Assembly: GCA_963818965.1 (NCBI GenBank)
Contig: CAWFUG010000009.1
Location: 224,001-288,000, forward strand
DNA: 64,000 nucleotides
Source: an uncultured Verrucomicrobiae bacterium
GTDB lineage: Bacteria; Chlamydiota; Chlamydiia; Chlamydiales; Rhabdochlamydiaceae
Direction of reading: 5' to 3'
Positions 46,611-56,663 of the stretch are shown one piece after another. Made by a program: the position numbers and the translations under genes. The notes under the pieces are model-generated. The model did not search any database, was not told where the DNA came from, and saw nothing but the letters and a program-made list of their open reading frames with translations. The stretch's first letter is position 1; the number at the start of each line of letters is the position of its first letter.

Positions 46611-49445
46611 TTAAATCAGTTTCCACCGGATGGTGAAAAGAGTTTGTTCTTCTATATTTTGTTTTAACCTGGCTTGAGTTTGATCGATCAGGGCATCTTT
46701 TTGTTTATCAATTCCTCTGACAGCCTCATCATACTCTTTCCAAGCGGAATCTCTTTTTTTCTCGAGTGTGCGTAAACTTCTCTGGATTGCCAGTTTTTCA
46801 GGAAAATTAAGAGCTGTCCGCACCTGTTTTTTTAACTCCGTAATTTCGCTATCATAATCATCTAGTGTAGTTTTTAGCGACTGCCGTTTATCATCCTCCC
46901 AACGGTCAAGTTTGTCCATCTCTTCTTGAAAGAAAACGCCGCTTCTCTCAGATATAGTGGAAAGGAGATCGGTTTTCATGCGTTGATAGGCCAAATCGGT
47001 GAAATGAGTAGGGATAGAGGAGGAGTATCGAACATCGGCCGGTAGGTTAAAGAGTCGACGGGCTTGGTCTGCGTCTAACTCGTTGCCATCATCGGTTAAC
47101 GCAATAGAGAGAATGTGGTCTTCGGAGTCTAGCGCATTGACTGTCAATCGTTTCACTACAAGGATGCCGGAATGGCCAATAAGAGGCTCCAGGGCGGATA
47201 TTTTCCTTCCATGCCCTGTGTAGCGAAAAGTAAGCTCAGCTGGAGGTAGCTGCCTTTCTTGAGCTGAGTTAAGAACCCAGTGTGCAAGTGGGTGCTGACT
47301 TCGATAATGATAGCCAGTGGTGTCTTGTCGTTTGAGCGTATAGAGGCCGGTTTGAATTTCTGGCTGAGGTGGCGTTTTCAGTGTGAATGTGAGAGCAGCT
47401 TCGTTAAATGTAGCCTGTTCTTTGAGGAGGTGTTGCGTTGTGTCCCAGAGCAGAGCCTCATAAAGACTGAGAGATTCAGTCGTTTTTTCCTTATAAATAT
47501 TGAGTTTTTCTGCCACCTCAGCATCGAAATTCTCCAAAAGCTTTTGGCGTGTGGACCGCATATTCTCGATAATTTCGGCACTCAGGTCATGTTGCAACGC
47601 GTCAAAGGCTGATTGGATGTCTTCTTTCTTTCTACACGTTTGGTAAATGTCGGCAATCCGTTTTTCAAAGTCGATTCCAGATTCAATACTGCCAAGGACT
47701 TCATCACTGGCTCCAAAAACACCATTGAATAAGCGGAATTTTTCAGAGAGAAGCTGATAAACCCGTTGATCAGCGGCATTGTTTTTATTGAGAAAATTTA
47801 CTACCACCACATCGTGTTTTTGGCCGTATCGGTGACACCTGCCAATTCGCTGCTCAATTCTCTGGGGATTCCAAGGAAGGTCATAGTTGACTACAAGAGA
47901 GCAGAATTGGAGGTTGATCCCTTCAGCCGCTGCCTCAGTGGCGATCATGATTTTAGCTTTTTCGCGGAAGTAGTCGACAAGAGCAGCTCGAGTGTCGGCG
48001 GTTTTTGACCCTGTAATTTTATCTGTGCCGCTAAAGCGAGATTCCCATTCGGTATAAATGCTTCGTGAGTGTCCATCGCTATTCGAGCCGTTAAAAAGAA
48101 CAAGATCGTCAGCATATCCATTTTCTGAAAGGAGTTTGACGAGGTAGTTTTGAGTTCGGCGAGATTCAGTAAAAATGATTGCTTTTTCTGCCCCTCCGAG
48201 CTCGCCTGTCATTTGAAACCCTATTTTCAAGGCTTTAAGAAGGGATTCTCCCTTTGCGTTCTGAGTGATTTTCATGGAGAGGTCAAAAAAGCTTCGAAGT
48301 TCTAGGATCTCTTCTCGAATGACTTGCTGTTCTTCTGGGGTTAAGGGCTGCGGAGCTTCATCATCATCGATTTCTAATTCATCTGCCAACTCTTCAAATC
48401 TTTCAAAATCTTCTTCAAGAGAGCGGTCTGATTTTTTGTCGTTTTTAAGGCGCTTTTCGAGCTTGTTGATAAGAGACTCTAAGGCCCCGGCAATGGCGAA
48501 AGTCGATGATGCAAGTAATCTACGTAAAACGAGTGTCATCAAGCTCCGTTGACTTGAGGGAAGAGCCTGTAGGTTGGGGCGACAGAGATAGTCTGAAATC
48601 ATATCATAAAGGATTTCTTCGTCTTCAGTGGGTGTAAATTCTTCAGTGTGAGCTTTCCTTTCGGTATATTGTATGTATTTAAGCACTTGGCGTCGAAGGG
48701 TGCGCTTACAAACCTTATTGAGACGGTTTTTCAGATCATCGAAGCTATCTTCAGAAGTAAGCCTGGCGAATTGAGATCGGAAGCTTTTTAGGTCGCCAAA
48801 AGTGTGTTCGTCGATGAAACTGACTAGCCCATAAAGCTCGAGCAGTGAGTTTTGAAGAGGTGTGGCCGTGAGAAGTAGTTTGGGCGCATGTTCTGTTGCC
48901 TGTTTTAACTCTCGAGCAACCTTGTTCCCAGTTTTATAGACATTCCGGAGGCGATGGGCTTCATCTATGACGATGAGGTCCCATTGAACAGATTTGATGA
49001 AGTCCGCTTTATTGCGAGCGAAAGAATAAGAGCAAATGACGATTTCAGAAATATCAAAGGGATTGCACTCTCCTTCTTTGATGGCTTTTTTAAAAGAGGA
49101 GGTTTCCAAGATGATGGAGGGGAGGTAAAATTTTTCTTGGAGTTCTTGGTGCCACTGCTTTCGTAAGCTTGAAGGAAGAATAATTAAAAGCTTTCTCTTT
49201 CGCTCGGCCCATTTCTGGGAGAGAACAATCCCGGCTTCAATGGTTTTTCCAAGACCCACTTCATCGGCAAGAATGGCGCCTTTAGAAAGGGGGGATCGAA
49301 ACGCGAATAGTGCTGCGTCTACTTGGTGAGGGTTTAGATCGACCTGAGAATCCATTAAGGCTGCTGTAAAACGTTCCACGCTATCTGATGGGCATCGTCG
49401 GAGCAATTCATGAGCAAAAAGCTTTGCGTGGTAGTCTGTAATCAT
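46611..49445 (-). CDS. SNF2-family helicase/ATPase
   Basis: LADEVGLGKT, DEAH, LTATP, EGINLQ, YDLPWNPQRIEQRIGR; coiled-coil C-terminus. Confidence 0.92.
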   Translation of the reverse strand: MITDYHAKLFAHELLRRCPSDSVERFTAALMDSQVDLNPHQVDAALFAFRSPLSKGAILADEVGLGKTIEAGIVLSQKWAERKRKLLIILPSSLRKQWHQELQEKFYLPSIILETSSFKKAIKEGECNPFDISEIVICSYSFARNKADFIKSVQWDLIVIDEAHRLRNVYKTGNKVARELKQATEHAPKLLLTATPLQNSLLELYGLVSFIDEHTFGDLKSFRSQFARLTSEDSFDDLKNRLNKVCKRTLRRQVLKYIQYTERKAHTEEFTPTEDEEILYDMISDYLCRPNLQALPSSQRSLMTLVLRRLLASSTFAIAGALESLINKLEKRLKNDKKSDRSLEEDFERFEELADELEIDDDEAPQPLTPEEQQVIREEILELRSFFDLSMKITQNAKGESLLKALKIGFQMTGELGGAEKAIIFTESRRTQNYLVKLLSENGYADDLVLFNGSNSDGHSRSIYTEWESRFSGTDKITGSKTADTRAALVDYFREKAKIMIATEAAAEGINLQFCSLVVNYDLPWNPQRIEQRIGRCHRYGQKHDVVVVNFLNKNNAADQRVYQLLSEKFRLFNGVFGASDEVLGSIESGIDFEKRIADIYQTCRKKEDIQSAFDALQHDLSAEIIENMRSTRQKLLENFDAEVAEKLNIYKEKTTESLSLYEALLWDTTQHLLKEQATFNEAALTFTLKTPPQPEIQTGLYTLKRQDTTGYHYRSQHPLAHWVLNSAQERQLPPAELTFRYTGHGRKISALEPLIGHSGILVVKRLTVNALDSEDHILSIALTDDGNELDADQARRLFNLPADVRYSSSIPTHFTDLAYQRMKTDLLSTISERSGVFFQEEMDKLDRWEDDKRQSLKTTLDDYDSEITELKKQVRTALNFPEKLAIQRSLRTLEKKRDSAWKEYDEAVRGIDKQKDALIDQTQARLKQNIEEQTLFTIRWKLI

Positions 49446-50170
49446 CCGAGCACACCATTTGCGGCAAGCCGATAGGAACAAAGGCTGCAAGTCGGATTGG
49501 ATTCTGGGGGTTGGGCTGTGGTTAGTGTGGAGTGAATTTCAAGTAATTTAGGCTCAATCCAGCTATCATCGCCAAGATAAGGGATGACCGATATCTCGAA
49601 TTTTAGGCATTCGTCAAATGCAGGGACGTCCTTCTTGCCATTGCAATAAACAAAATAGCCTGTAGGAGAAACTGTAAATCCGTTCATTCTGAATAGCCAT
49701 TGGTAAATTTCCATTTGCCTTTTGTAGCTAATTTGCCAGTCTGCATCTAAGTTGATTTCACCAGCTTTACTGGTCGCCTTATAGTCCACGATGATCAGTT
49801 CTCCAGAAGGAATGATCCAAACGTCATCAATGGCTCCTGTCACTAAAAATCGAGTCGTTTCGTGTAAGTAGGAAATGCCCTTCAGATTTTTTCGCCATTC
49901 ATCAAGTTTTTCATGTTGAAAAGGGATTGCATCAATTTTATGTTTGATCATCAGCGGATGGGCTTCGCCTTTTGCTCGGTAGAAGTCGAATTCTTTTTTC
50001 AAGAGATGGTCAACAGCAGAGTTGAGGTTGAACGGAAATCCTCCAGGTTGCGCAACTCCAAGTTTGCGATCGAGGTAGAAGCAAAAGGGACATTCACAAA
50101 AAAGCTCGATCTTTGACCGACTTAATTTGAATGGTTTTGTGTCTTGTGGATCAAAGCCCTTTCTTTTCAT
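49442..50170 (-). CDS. PD-(D/E)XK (RecB/Cas4-like) nuclease
   Basis: LSRSKI..CECPFCFY, GAIDD, VDYK, QMEIY, CSLC; ATGA overlap with SNF2. Confidence 0.8.
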   Translation of the reverse strand: MKRKGFDPQDTKPFKLSRSKIELFCECPFCFYLDRKLGVAQPGGFPFNLNSAVDHLLKKEFDFYRAKGEAHPLMIKHKIDAIPFQHEKLDEWRKNLKGISYLHETTRFLVTGAIDDVWIIPSGELIIVDYKATSKAGEINLDADWQISYKRQMEIYQWLFRMNGFTVSPTGYFVYCNGKKDVPAFDECLKFEISVIPYLGDDSWIEPKLLEIHSTLTTAQPPESNPTCSLCSYRLAANGVLG

Positions 50171-50409
50171 ATTTTCCGTTTTAAGTTGTTGATTTAACGT
50201 ATAATAAGATAACAGAATTGCAAATAATGCGATATATTGATTTAACGACAATTAAACTATTTTATTTGATTTCGATCTGTTTGTTGTTTTAATGGAGACG
50301 GTCAGAATAAAGGAATTTTTTAGGGTATTCTAAATCAATGCGTAAAGATTGATCTCTTCGTCAAAGAATTTCTTGTTTTGAGAGTGTTTCCTCTGTGTTG
50401 TGTGCTATT

Positions 50410-51477
50410 TTATTTTTTACTACTGAACAATTTCTCATTTAGGCCCGCAGCTGCCGAATAGATATGTGCATTGGAGAGATGGGCGTACCGCTTGGTCATT
50501 TGGACGGTTTTGTGGCCAAGTAGAGTCCCGATCTCTAACAAGCTCGCCTGATTCATGGCCAAATAAGAAGCGGCAGTATGACGAAGATCATGGAAGCGGA
50601 AGTTGGAGATTCCAGATTTTCCCAGAGCTGTTTCCCATGCTGAGCGAATGTCAATGGGTTTGGACGAGGAATGTGGAGCAGGAAATACGAGAGAGTCAAC
50701 GGTTTGATTGGCGTATTTTGAACGCAAAAGATCCAATGCCATTCCAAGGAGAGGGACAAAGCGGCGATCTCCGTTTTTTGTGGTTTGTAAGAGGATCGAA
50801 CCTCGGCCCAGATCGATATCACCCCATTTGAGATTCATGATTTCGCCTCTCCTCATGCCAGTTGAAAGAGCTAGTATAACAATTGGGTAGAGTCCTTTTG
50901 ATTCGCTTTCTCGGCAGGCAGATAGCAGCCTTTCCTTTTCATCATCGTTGAGAAAGCGAGTTCTCCCATTGGAAATTTTCGGCTTTGAGATTTTCATAAT
51001 GGGATTTTCCTGGATCCATTCCCAATCCTTAACCGCGATAGCAAAGGCATGAGACAAACTGGCAAGGTAGCGGACTACGGTTGTGGAAGAACGGATTGTG
51101 CCTTTACAAGTCAGTCCTGAAAGCAGCTCATCCCGTTTCTGTGCGATGAGGCTTGGCTTGATATCTGAAAGGAGGCAATGCCCCAGTTCCTGTTTCCACC
51201 AGAGAAGATGTTGGCGGACGTTTCTTGCGTTTTTTGGCTTTGACAGAAGAACTCTTTCAATATAGCGGTCGATCAGCTCCGCTAAAGTATTTTTGCTGCC
51301 AGGTTTGTCATATGCATATTTGCCTTGTTCAACAGCCGATTCGGTATCGCGTTTCCATTTCATGGCGAGAGTTTTGGAGGCGAATGATTGGATGAGGACT
51401 GGATGACCTTTAATGCGAACGCGGGCGCGGTAGGAAACCGTCCCGTCTTTATGGGTGCGTTTATCGATGCCTTTCAC
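50410..51477 (-). CDS. Tyrosine recombinase/integrase
   Basis: TGMRRGE, TKNG, FHDLRH, LGH, RYAH. Confidence 0.95.
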   Translation of the reverse strand: MKGIDKRTHKDGTVSYRARVRIKGHPVLIQSFASKTLAMKWKRDTESAVEQGKYAYDKPGSKNTLAELIDRYIERVLLSKPKNARNVRQHLLWWKQELGHCLLSDIKPSLIAQKRDELLSGLTCKGTIRSSTTVVRYLASLSHAFAIAVKDWEWIQENPIMKISKPKISNGRTRFLNDDEKERLLSACRESESKGLYPIVILALSTGMRRGEIMNLKWGDIDLGRGSILLQTTKNGDRRFVPLLGMALDLLRSKYANQTVDSLVFPAPHSSSKPIDIRSAWETALGKSGISNFRFHDLRHTAASYLAMNQASLLEIGTLLGHKTVQMTKRYAHLSNAHIYSAAAGLNEKLFSSKK

Positions 51478-51541
51478 AAGCTTACCTTTGTTTAGATTTT
51501 CAAAGGTTAGCTGCTGGGCTTATCGCCAATTGTTGTAGGCG

Positions 51542-51565
51542 AGTGGTCCACAAGTGGTCCACGGA
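51542..51565. repeat. Candidate integrase arm-type binding sites
   Basis: AGTGGTCCACAAGTGGTCCACGGA. Confidence 0.75.
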
Positions 51566-51644
51566 TGTGAACCGTGCTTTAGGCTGATTTGAGTGCTTTG
51601 TCGTAACCAGCTCAGTTTCAGCCTTATGATGCCAAAAAGAAATG

Positions 51645-51718
<74 letters not shown>

Positions 51719-51832
51719 AGAGTGAGTAAAGTGAGCATAGCGGAAGTCAGATTGAGAAATCAATGAGGATTTTTTTTGCAGAGAAACGTCGAGGTGCGCT
51801 ATAGAGTTGAGGTAAGCATTTTTTTTACTAGG

Positions 51833-53023
51833 ATGGGGATGGGGCGCTGGATTTCTGTTTTGGGCTCGTGCGTGTGTTGTTTTTCTCTCTGTGCGGAAGA
51901 AGAGATCGCCATCATTGAGCCGATGGTGTTGACGCGGGGGGATAGCCTTCCGGTCGAGAGCTTTGCCGATGCGACGGATCCCTATCTCGAGGGGTATATT
52001 CAGGCGTTGATCGACGCCCACTATTACGAATACCAAGTGGTCGTGATTGTCAAGGACCACAAGGTGTATTTGGCGAATCTCCCGCATAACGAGTTGTTGG
52101 CAAAGAGTATCATCGCGTTTGTCTCCGATATTCCCGGTGTTACGTCGGTGGAATCGACGGATGTGTCGAATGCGGAGCTGGAGACGCGTAAGAGCTATGT
52201 CGAACAGCCGCGGATCAATGGGGTTTGGTTTCCACAGTCGACGGTGTTATTCGCCCCGCTCGTTGCCGATCCGCGTCAGCCGACGAACTCGGTGGCGCTC
52301 AGGGTGGGCGATAAGGTGATTGGGGATATCGTCGCGGCGGTTTCTTTGGGGGATGACTTTCCGATCTTTCGCTGGTTGAATGTGTGGTGTGGGGATATGC
52401 AGATCGGGATCGAGGCGGGGATTTGGTCGGTCTTTAACTATTCTAACATTCCCCATCGTCCGAAGCACGAGACGTGTGAGCTGGTCAACACCGATTATTT
52501 GGTGGGGATTCCTGTGACGTATGCTTATGATCGGTGGTCGTTTCGTTTGCGGGTTTATCATATCTCTTCCCATTTGGGAGATGAGTTTTTGGTCAACCAC
52601 CGCAGGTATATCCGCCATCGGAAGAATCCGAGCATGGAGGCTCTAGACTTCTTTACTTCTTATCAGTTTTCTAGCCACTTGAGAGGGTATTTTGGGCCGG
52701 GGGTGGTCTTTCACAGCGATCCTTCTTTTAAGCTCAAGCCATTGTATGTGGAGTATGGGCTGGAGCTGAGGCTTTTGGGGAGCAAGTTGTATTACCATCG
52801 TTTGTATGGGACGCCGTTTTTTGCGGTCCATTTGGAAAACTGGCAGCAGAGGCATTGGGATCTCGATATGACGTTTAAATTGGGCTATGAGATCAGTAAG
52901 CTGCAGGGGATTGGACGTAAGATGCGGGTCTATATCGATTATCACCATGGCTACTCTTACGAGGGGCAGTTCTTTAATGAACGCACGCAGTATGGAGAGT
53001 TTGGCTTTTCTTGGGGTTTTTAA
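51833..53023 (+). CDS. DUF1207 domain protein (chlamydial outer-membrane-like)
   Basis: LFAPLVADPRQ, LVNTDY, YHISSHLGDEF, terminal F. Confidence 0.75.
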   Translation: MGMGRWISVLGSCVCCFSLCAEEEIAIIEPMVLTRGDSLPVESFADATDPYLEGYIQALIDAHYYEYQVVVIVKDHKVYLANLPHNELLAKSIIAFVSDIPGVTSVESTDVSNAELETRKSYVEQPRINGVWFPQSTVLFAPLVADPRQPTNSVALRVGDKVIGDIVAAVSLGDDFPIFRWLNVWCGDMQIGIEAGIWSVFNYSNIPHRPKHETCELVNTDYLVGIPVTYAYDRWSFRLRVYHISSHLGDEFLVNHRRYIRHRKNPSMEALDFFTSYQFSSHLRGYFGPGVVFHSDPSFKLKPLYVEYGLELRLLGSKLYYHRLYGTPFFAVHLENWQQRHWDLDMTFKLGYEISKLQGIGRKMRVYIDYHHGYSYEGQFFNERTQYGEFGFSWGF

Positions 53024-53384
53024 CTTGAAAGATCCCTTCTTGGATGTGGGCGTTGCCAAAGTTGATGAGAAGGCCCGCTTCCAGTTCTGTGAGGCGTAAG
53101 TAGGTGAGCAGTTGCGCGTGGTAGGAGGGGTAATTTTTCCCTGTCGCCTTGATTTCGATGATCACTTTATTTTCGACGAGGATGTCTAAGAAGAGGGGTT
53201 CTCTCACTTCTTTGTCTTTGTAGGTAACGGGGATGGGGAGTTGGCGCTGGCTGCGCACGCCTCTCAGCGAAAGTTCATGACATAGAGCGGATTCATAGAC
53301 GGTTTCGAGTAGGCCGGGTCCACCCAAGAGGTGGTGCACTTCGACGGCAGAATCGAAGATGTGTCGGTAGAGTTCATCATTCAT
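52974..53384 (-). CDS. GxxExxY family PD-(D/E)XK protein
   Basis: GPGLLETVYE, DILVE..IIEIKA, AQLLTYL, GLLINF. Confidence 0.88.
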   Translation of the reverse strand: MNDELYRHIFDSAVEVHHLLGGPGLLETVYESALCHELSLRGVRSQRQLPIPVTYKDKEVREPLFLDILVENKVIIEIKATGKNYPSYHAQLLTYLRLTELEAGLLINFGNAHIQEGIFQVKNPKKSQTLHTACVH

Positions 53385-53434
53385 GGAAGAGAATTTTAGA
53401 ATCGGATCGATTTTTGGTCAAATTTAATTTTGGG

Positions 53435-53601
53435 CACACCCCGCTCCGTTAGGAATTGCGCATTTGAGCCGTGTAAAAACTCCCGCGATTTCACGATCGG
53501 AGCGGGGGCCAGTATTGAAGAAATACAGGCCCCCTCTCCGATCGTGGAATCCCGGGGCTTTGATGCGCTCAAATGCGCAATTCCTAACGGAGCGGGGTGT
53601 G
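53435..53601. repeat. 167-bp palindromic element (RPE-like) with perfect 35-bp arms
   Basis: CACACCCCGCTCCGTTAGGAATTGCGCATTTGAGC (53435-53469) and its reverse complement (53567-53601); core AGTATTGAAGAAATACA. Confidence 0.92.
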
Positions 53602-55707
53602 GAACCCGTCGGGGGCGGGGGGGAACTGGGGCCCGATGGCGAGGGTGTTGGAGAAGTACTGGCGGTAGACTTTGAGGCCTTGCTCTGCGGTGCTGACGCA
53701 GTAGAAGGTGTTGCTGACCCATTCGGAATTGCGGATGGTGCCGCTTTTGAGGTTGCAGTGGTAGCGGCTGGTGATCTTTTCTTTCCAGTAGCTCGGTGCG
53801 CCGAAGAGGAGGACCGGGGTGGGGGTGATCGAGCCGACTTTGCGGCGAACCTCTTCGAGGCACTGCTCGAAATCGGTACCGAATCCTCCTGATAAGATGA
53901 TCGGAAAATCGAGGTGGAATTCCGCTTGTCGTTCGACGAGTTGATCGAGGCGGTAGGTCATTTTGGCTTCGATGTAGGGGTTTTGTTTTTGTTCTTGGAT
54001 GTTGAGGTTGTTGCTATTGCGGAAGTCGACGACGTTAGCGCAGGAGAGGATGCCGAGGCGGTTGGCGACGCGGTTACCCACTTCCATCAGGCCAGGTCCG
54101 CCTCCTGTGACGAGGGCGATGGGGGTCTCTTTGTTGAAAAGGGGGTGGCTCATCTCTGAGCGCATTTCGATGAGGCCGCGCAGTAAGTCGGAGAGTTCTT
54201 GTTCTAAGTCGCCCACGACGAGGGTAGATCCGTAGATGCCGAAAGAGGTGGATTTGATGAATGTGTCGACGAGAGGCTCTGGCACGAACATGCCTGTGTC
54301 TTTGCCGGGTTTAGGGATGTATTGCAGGACGTTGCCGCTGGTCTTGTCGACCCAATAGAGGGGGATGCCGAATTTTGCGAGGTCGAGCATCATCGAGCGG
54401 TCTTCGTGGGAGAAGAAGTTCCCATAGGCGAGCGATGGGTATTGGAAATAAATCCCTTTTAAGCAGCGCTGAACAGCGTCGCTGAGGAGCAGCCGCTTCA
54501 TAAGGGGAGAGGGGAAGTAGCGGGTGAGCAGAATCCCTTGGCTTGTGATTTGTCCTTCTTCAATGGCTCTGAGAAAGGGGGTGCAGGATTGCTGTTCGAT
54601 ATAGCGCTGGACGAGAAGGGCTTGTTGGGCGGGATAGAAGAGGCCGGGGAGGGGGTTTTTGTAGGTATCTCGGGCGATCCAGTCATTGGCGGTGAGGTTG
54701 AGGAGTTGCTCTCCTTTTACGACGAAGACGGAGGCGCGCTGTGTCTTGTGGTTGGGCGCGGTATCGAAGGCGGAGAAGAGGGCTTGGGGGTTCTCTAGGC
54801 AGCTTTGGAGTTGGTCGCGATCGGAGAAGAAGACGTGTTCGCGGTGGGGCTCTAAGGTGTAGAACTCGATGGGCATGGCCGTGATCTCGCGCGAGGAGGC
54901 ACCGAAGAGTTCATAGACATCTCCTGAGGCGGTCGTGTCAGGCTCGAGGACGTTGGCGCTCGTGTGGTGTACGCCTTCAGGCAAAAGGGGATCGACGACT
55001 TTGCCAAAAGCGGTGCGGATGTGTAGAGGGGCTGTGCGGACGAGGAGGATGTCGGTCTGGGAGACTTTTCGAGGGTGGGAAGGATTCCAACGCTGATCGA
55101 GTTGGATGAGTGTGCGCAGGCGGAATTGAAGATGGATGAGGGCTTTAGCGACGGTGGGAAGCAGGCCTAAAATCGCTTCAGGATCGTAGGAGAGGGTTCC
55201 TTCTTGCAGTTGGAGGTAGGCGACGGTTCTCCCTTCGATCTTTTCGAGGAGAAGCTCATCTCTTCCTTTGGGACCTCCGAGCGATAGCAGGGGCCTTCCT
55301 TCGCGATCTGTGCGGCCGAACATCCGGAGCAAATAATCGGGATTGCGCACGCGGCGTCTCGGGTCTGCAGCGAACAGTTTGCCGATATAGGCTCCTGTGG
55401 TAAGGAGGGGAAGCAGGCTTTTCCCGATTTTTCCATAAGCTTTTAGGTGGACTTTAGCGAGGGCTGAATTATTTTTGAGATCGAGGGTGATCTCTTGGAG
55501 GGTACCGTCCAGTCCGAGTTGTGCTAGCGTGCTTTTGAGATTGAAGGAGAGGTGCTCTTTGGGGATCGAGAAACCGACGAAGGCGGGAGAGATGTTTTGA
55601 ATGGCGATGGTGGCGGCGTACTCTGTGGGCTGGATGGGAGTGATCGTGGTGATCGCACCATCTGGTGTAACGAGGTCGTAGTGAGCGGGGGTGAGGTAGC
55701 TTTGCAT
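53584..55707 (-). CDS. Conserved chlamydial protein with C-terminal LOG-like domain
   Basis: TGGGPGLME, GGFGTDFE motifs; 707 aa. Confidence 0.75.
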   Translation of the reverse strand: MQSYLTPAHYDLVTPDGAITTITPIQPTEYAATIAIQNISPAFVGFSIPKEHLSFNLKSTLAQLGLDGTLQEITLDLKNNSALAKVHLKAYGKIGKSLLPLLTTGAYIGKLFAADPRRRVRNPDYLLRMFGRTDREGRPLLSLGGPKGRDELLLEKIEGRTVAYLQLQEGTLSYDPEAILGLLPTVAKALIHLQFRLRTLIQLDQRWNPSHPRKVSQTDILLVRTAPLHIRTAFGKVVDPLLPEGVHHTSANVLEPDTTASGDVYELFGASSREITAMPIEFYTLEPHREHVFFSDRDQLQSCLENPQALFSAFDTAPNHKTQRASVFVVKGEQLLNLTANDWIARDTYKNPLPGLFYPAQQALLVQRYIEQQSCTPFLRAIEEGQITSQGILLTRYFPSPLMKRLLLSDAVQRCLKGIYFQYPSLAYGNFFSHEDRSMMLDLAKFGIPLYWVDKTSGNVLQYIPKPGKDTGMFVPEPLVDTFIKSTSFGIYGSTLVVGDLEQELSDLLRGLIEMRSEMSHPLFNKETPIALVTGGGPGLMEVGNRVANRLGILSCANVVDFRNSNNLNIQEQKQNPYIEAKMTYRLDQLVERQAEFHLDFPIILSGGFGTDFEQCLEEVRRKVGSITPTPVLLFGAPSYWKEKITSRYHCNLKSGTIRNSEWVSNTFYCVSTAEQGLKVYRQYFSNTLAIGPQFPPAPDGFHTPLR

Positions 55708-55790
55708 AAATACACTTTACTTCATTTGGACTCTGTCGTCAAATTTCAGAATCGGATAGGATGTTCCATAGTAGTTGAGGGTAGAAAAAG

Positions 55791-56663
55791 ATGATTAGGC
55801 GGAGCTTGGGGACGCACGATGGTTCGTTTCACGCGGATGAAGTGACGGCGTGTGCGCTTCTTTTGGTGTTTGGAGAGATCGATGCGGACAAGATCGTGCG
55901 CACGCGAGATCCTGATGTGCTGAAAAATTGCGACTATGTCTGCGATGTCGGGGGGATCTACGATCCGAGCGTGCGGCGCTTTGACCATCATCAATCGGAA
56001 TACAGGGGGATTTTAAGTAGCGCGGGGATGATCTGGCTCTATTTGAGAGAGCGGGAAGTGATCGATCGCGTGTTGTATGATTTTTTGAATGACTCTTTGC
56101 TCTTAGGGGTGGATGCGCACGACAATGGCAGGATCACGCCGGAAGTGGGGATTTGCACTTTTTCTCAAGTGGTTGCAAATTTCGTCCCTCCACAGTACGA
56201 CGCTCCCAAACAGGAACTCGATGCTGCTTTTTTTGAAGCGGTAGCATTTGTGAAGGGGCATTTGCTCCGCTTATTGGATCGGTTCCGCCACATCCAACTC
56301 TGCCGAGAAAAAGTCGAAAAGAGCATGGCAAAAAATGAGATCTATCTCTTTTTTGATGAGGCGATGCCCTGGATGGATTCCTTTTTCGAGATGGGAGGAG
56401 AACAGCATCCCGCTCTTTTTGTCATCATGCCCTCGCAAGGGCATTGGAAGCTCCGGGCGATCCCCCCTTCGATGGAGCGACGGATGGATGTACGGCTCCC
56501 TTTGCCTTTGGAATGGGCAGGGCTTTTGGATGAGGAATTAAAGAAGGTGTCCGGGATCCCTGGGGCTATTTTTTGCCATAAGGGGCGATTCATCTCCGTC
56601 TGGGAGACGAAAGAGGATGCTTTTCAAGCGCTGGAATTCGTTTTGAGGCAAAGAGATAAATGA
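55791..56663 (+). CDS. MYG1 family protein
   Basis: THDGSFHADE, RTRD, DVGG, FDHHQ, SSAG, DAHDNG, IFCHKGRF. Confidence 0.9.
   Translation: MIRRSLGTHDGSFHADEVTACALLLVFGEIDADKIVRTRDPDVLKNCDYVCDVGGIYDPSVRRFDHHQSEYRGILSSAGMIWLYLREREVIDRVLYDFLNDSLLLGVDAHDNGRITPEVGICTFSQVVANFVPPQYDAPKQELDAAFFEAVAFVKGHLLRLLDRFRHIQLCREKVEKSMAKNEIYLFFDEAMPWMDSFFEMGGEQHPALFVIMPSQGHWKLRAIPPSMERRMDVRLPLPLEWAGLLDEELKKVSGIPGAIFCHKGRFISVWETKEDAFQALEFVLRQRDK

Noticed and set aside
49442..50170. Cas4-like nuclease as evidence of a CRISPR-Cas locus
   Set aside because: No cas1/cas2 or repeat-spacer array is seen in the window; the Cys arrangement is CxxC plus CxxC rather than the canonical Cas4 pattern.
44010..50170. Calling the operon BREX or DISARM
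   Set aside because: No PglZ, BrxC, DrmA, DUF1998 or PLD gene is recognisable; the methyltransferase is of the type III Mod type.
53396..53892. ORFs 53396..53863, 53430..53675 and 53464..53892
   Set aside because: Shadows of the GC-rich palindrome and the LOG-domain gene; no protein-like motifs.
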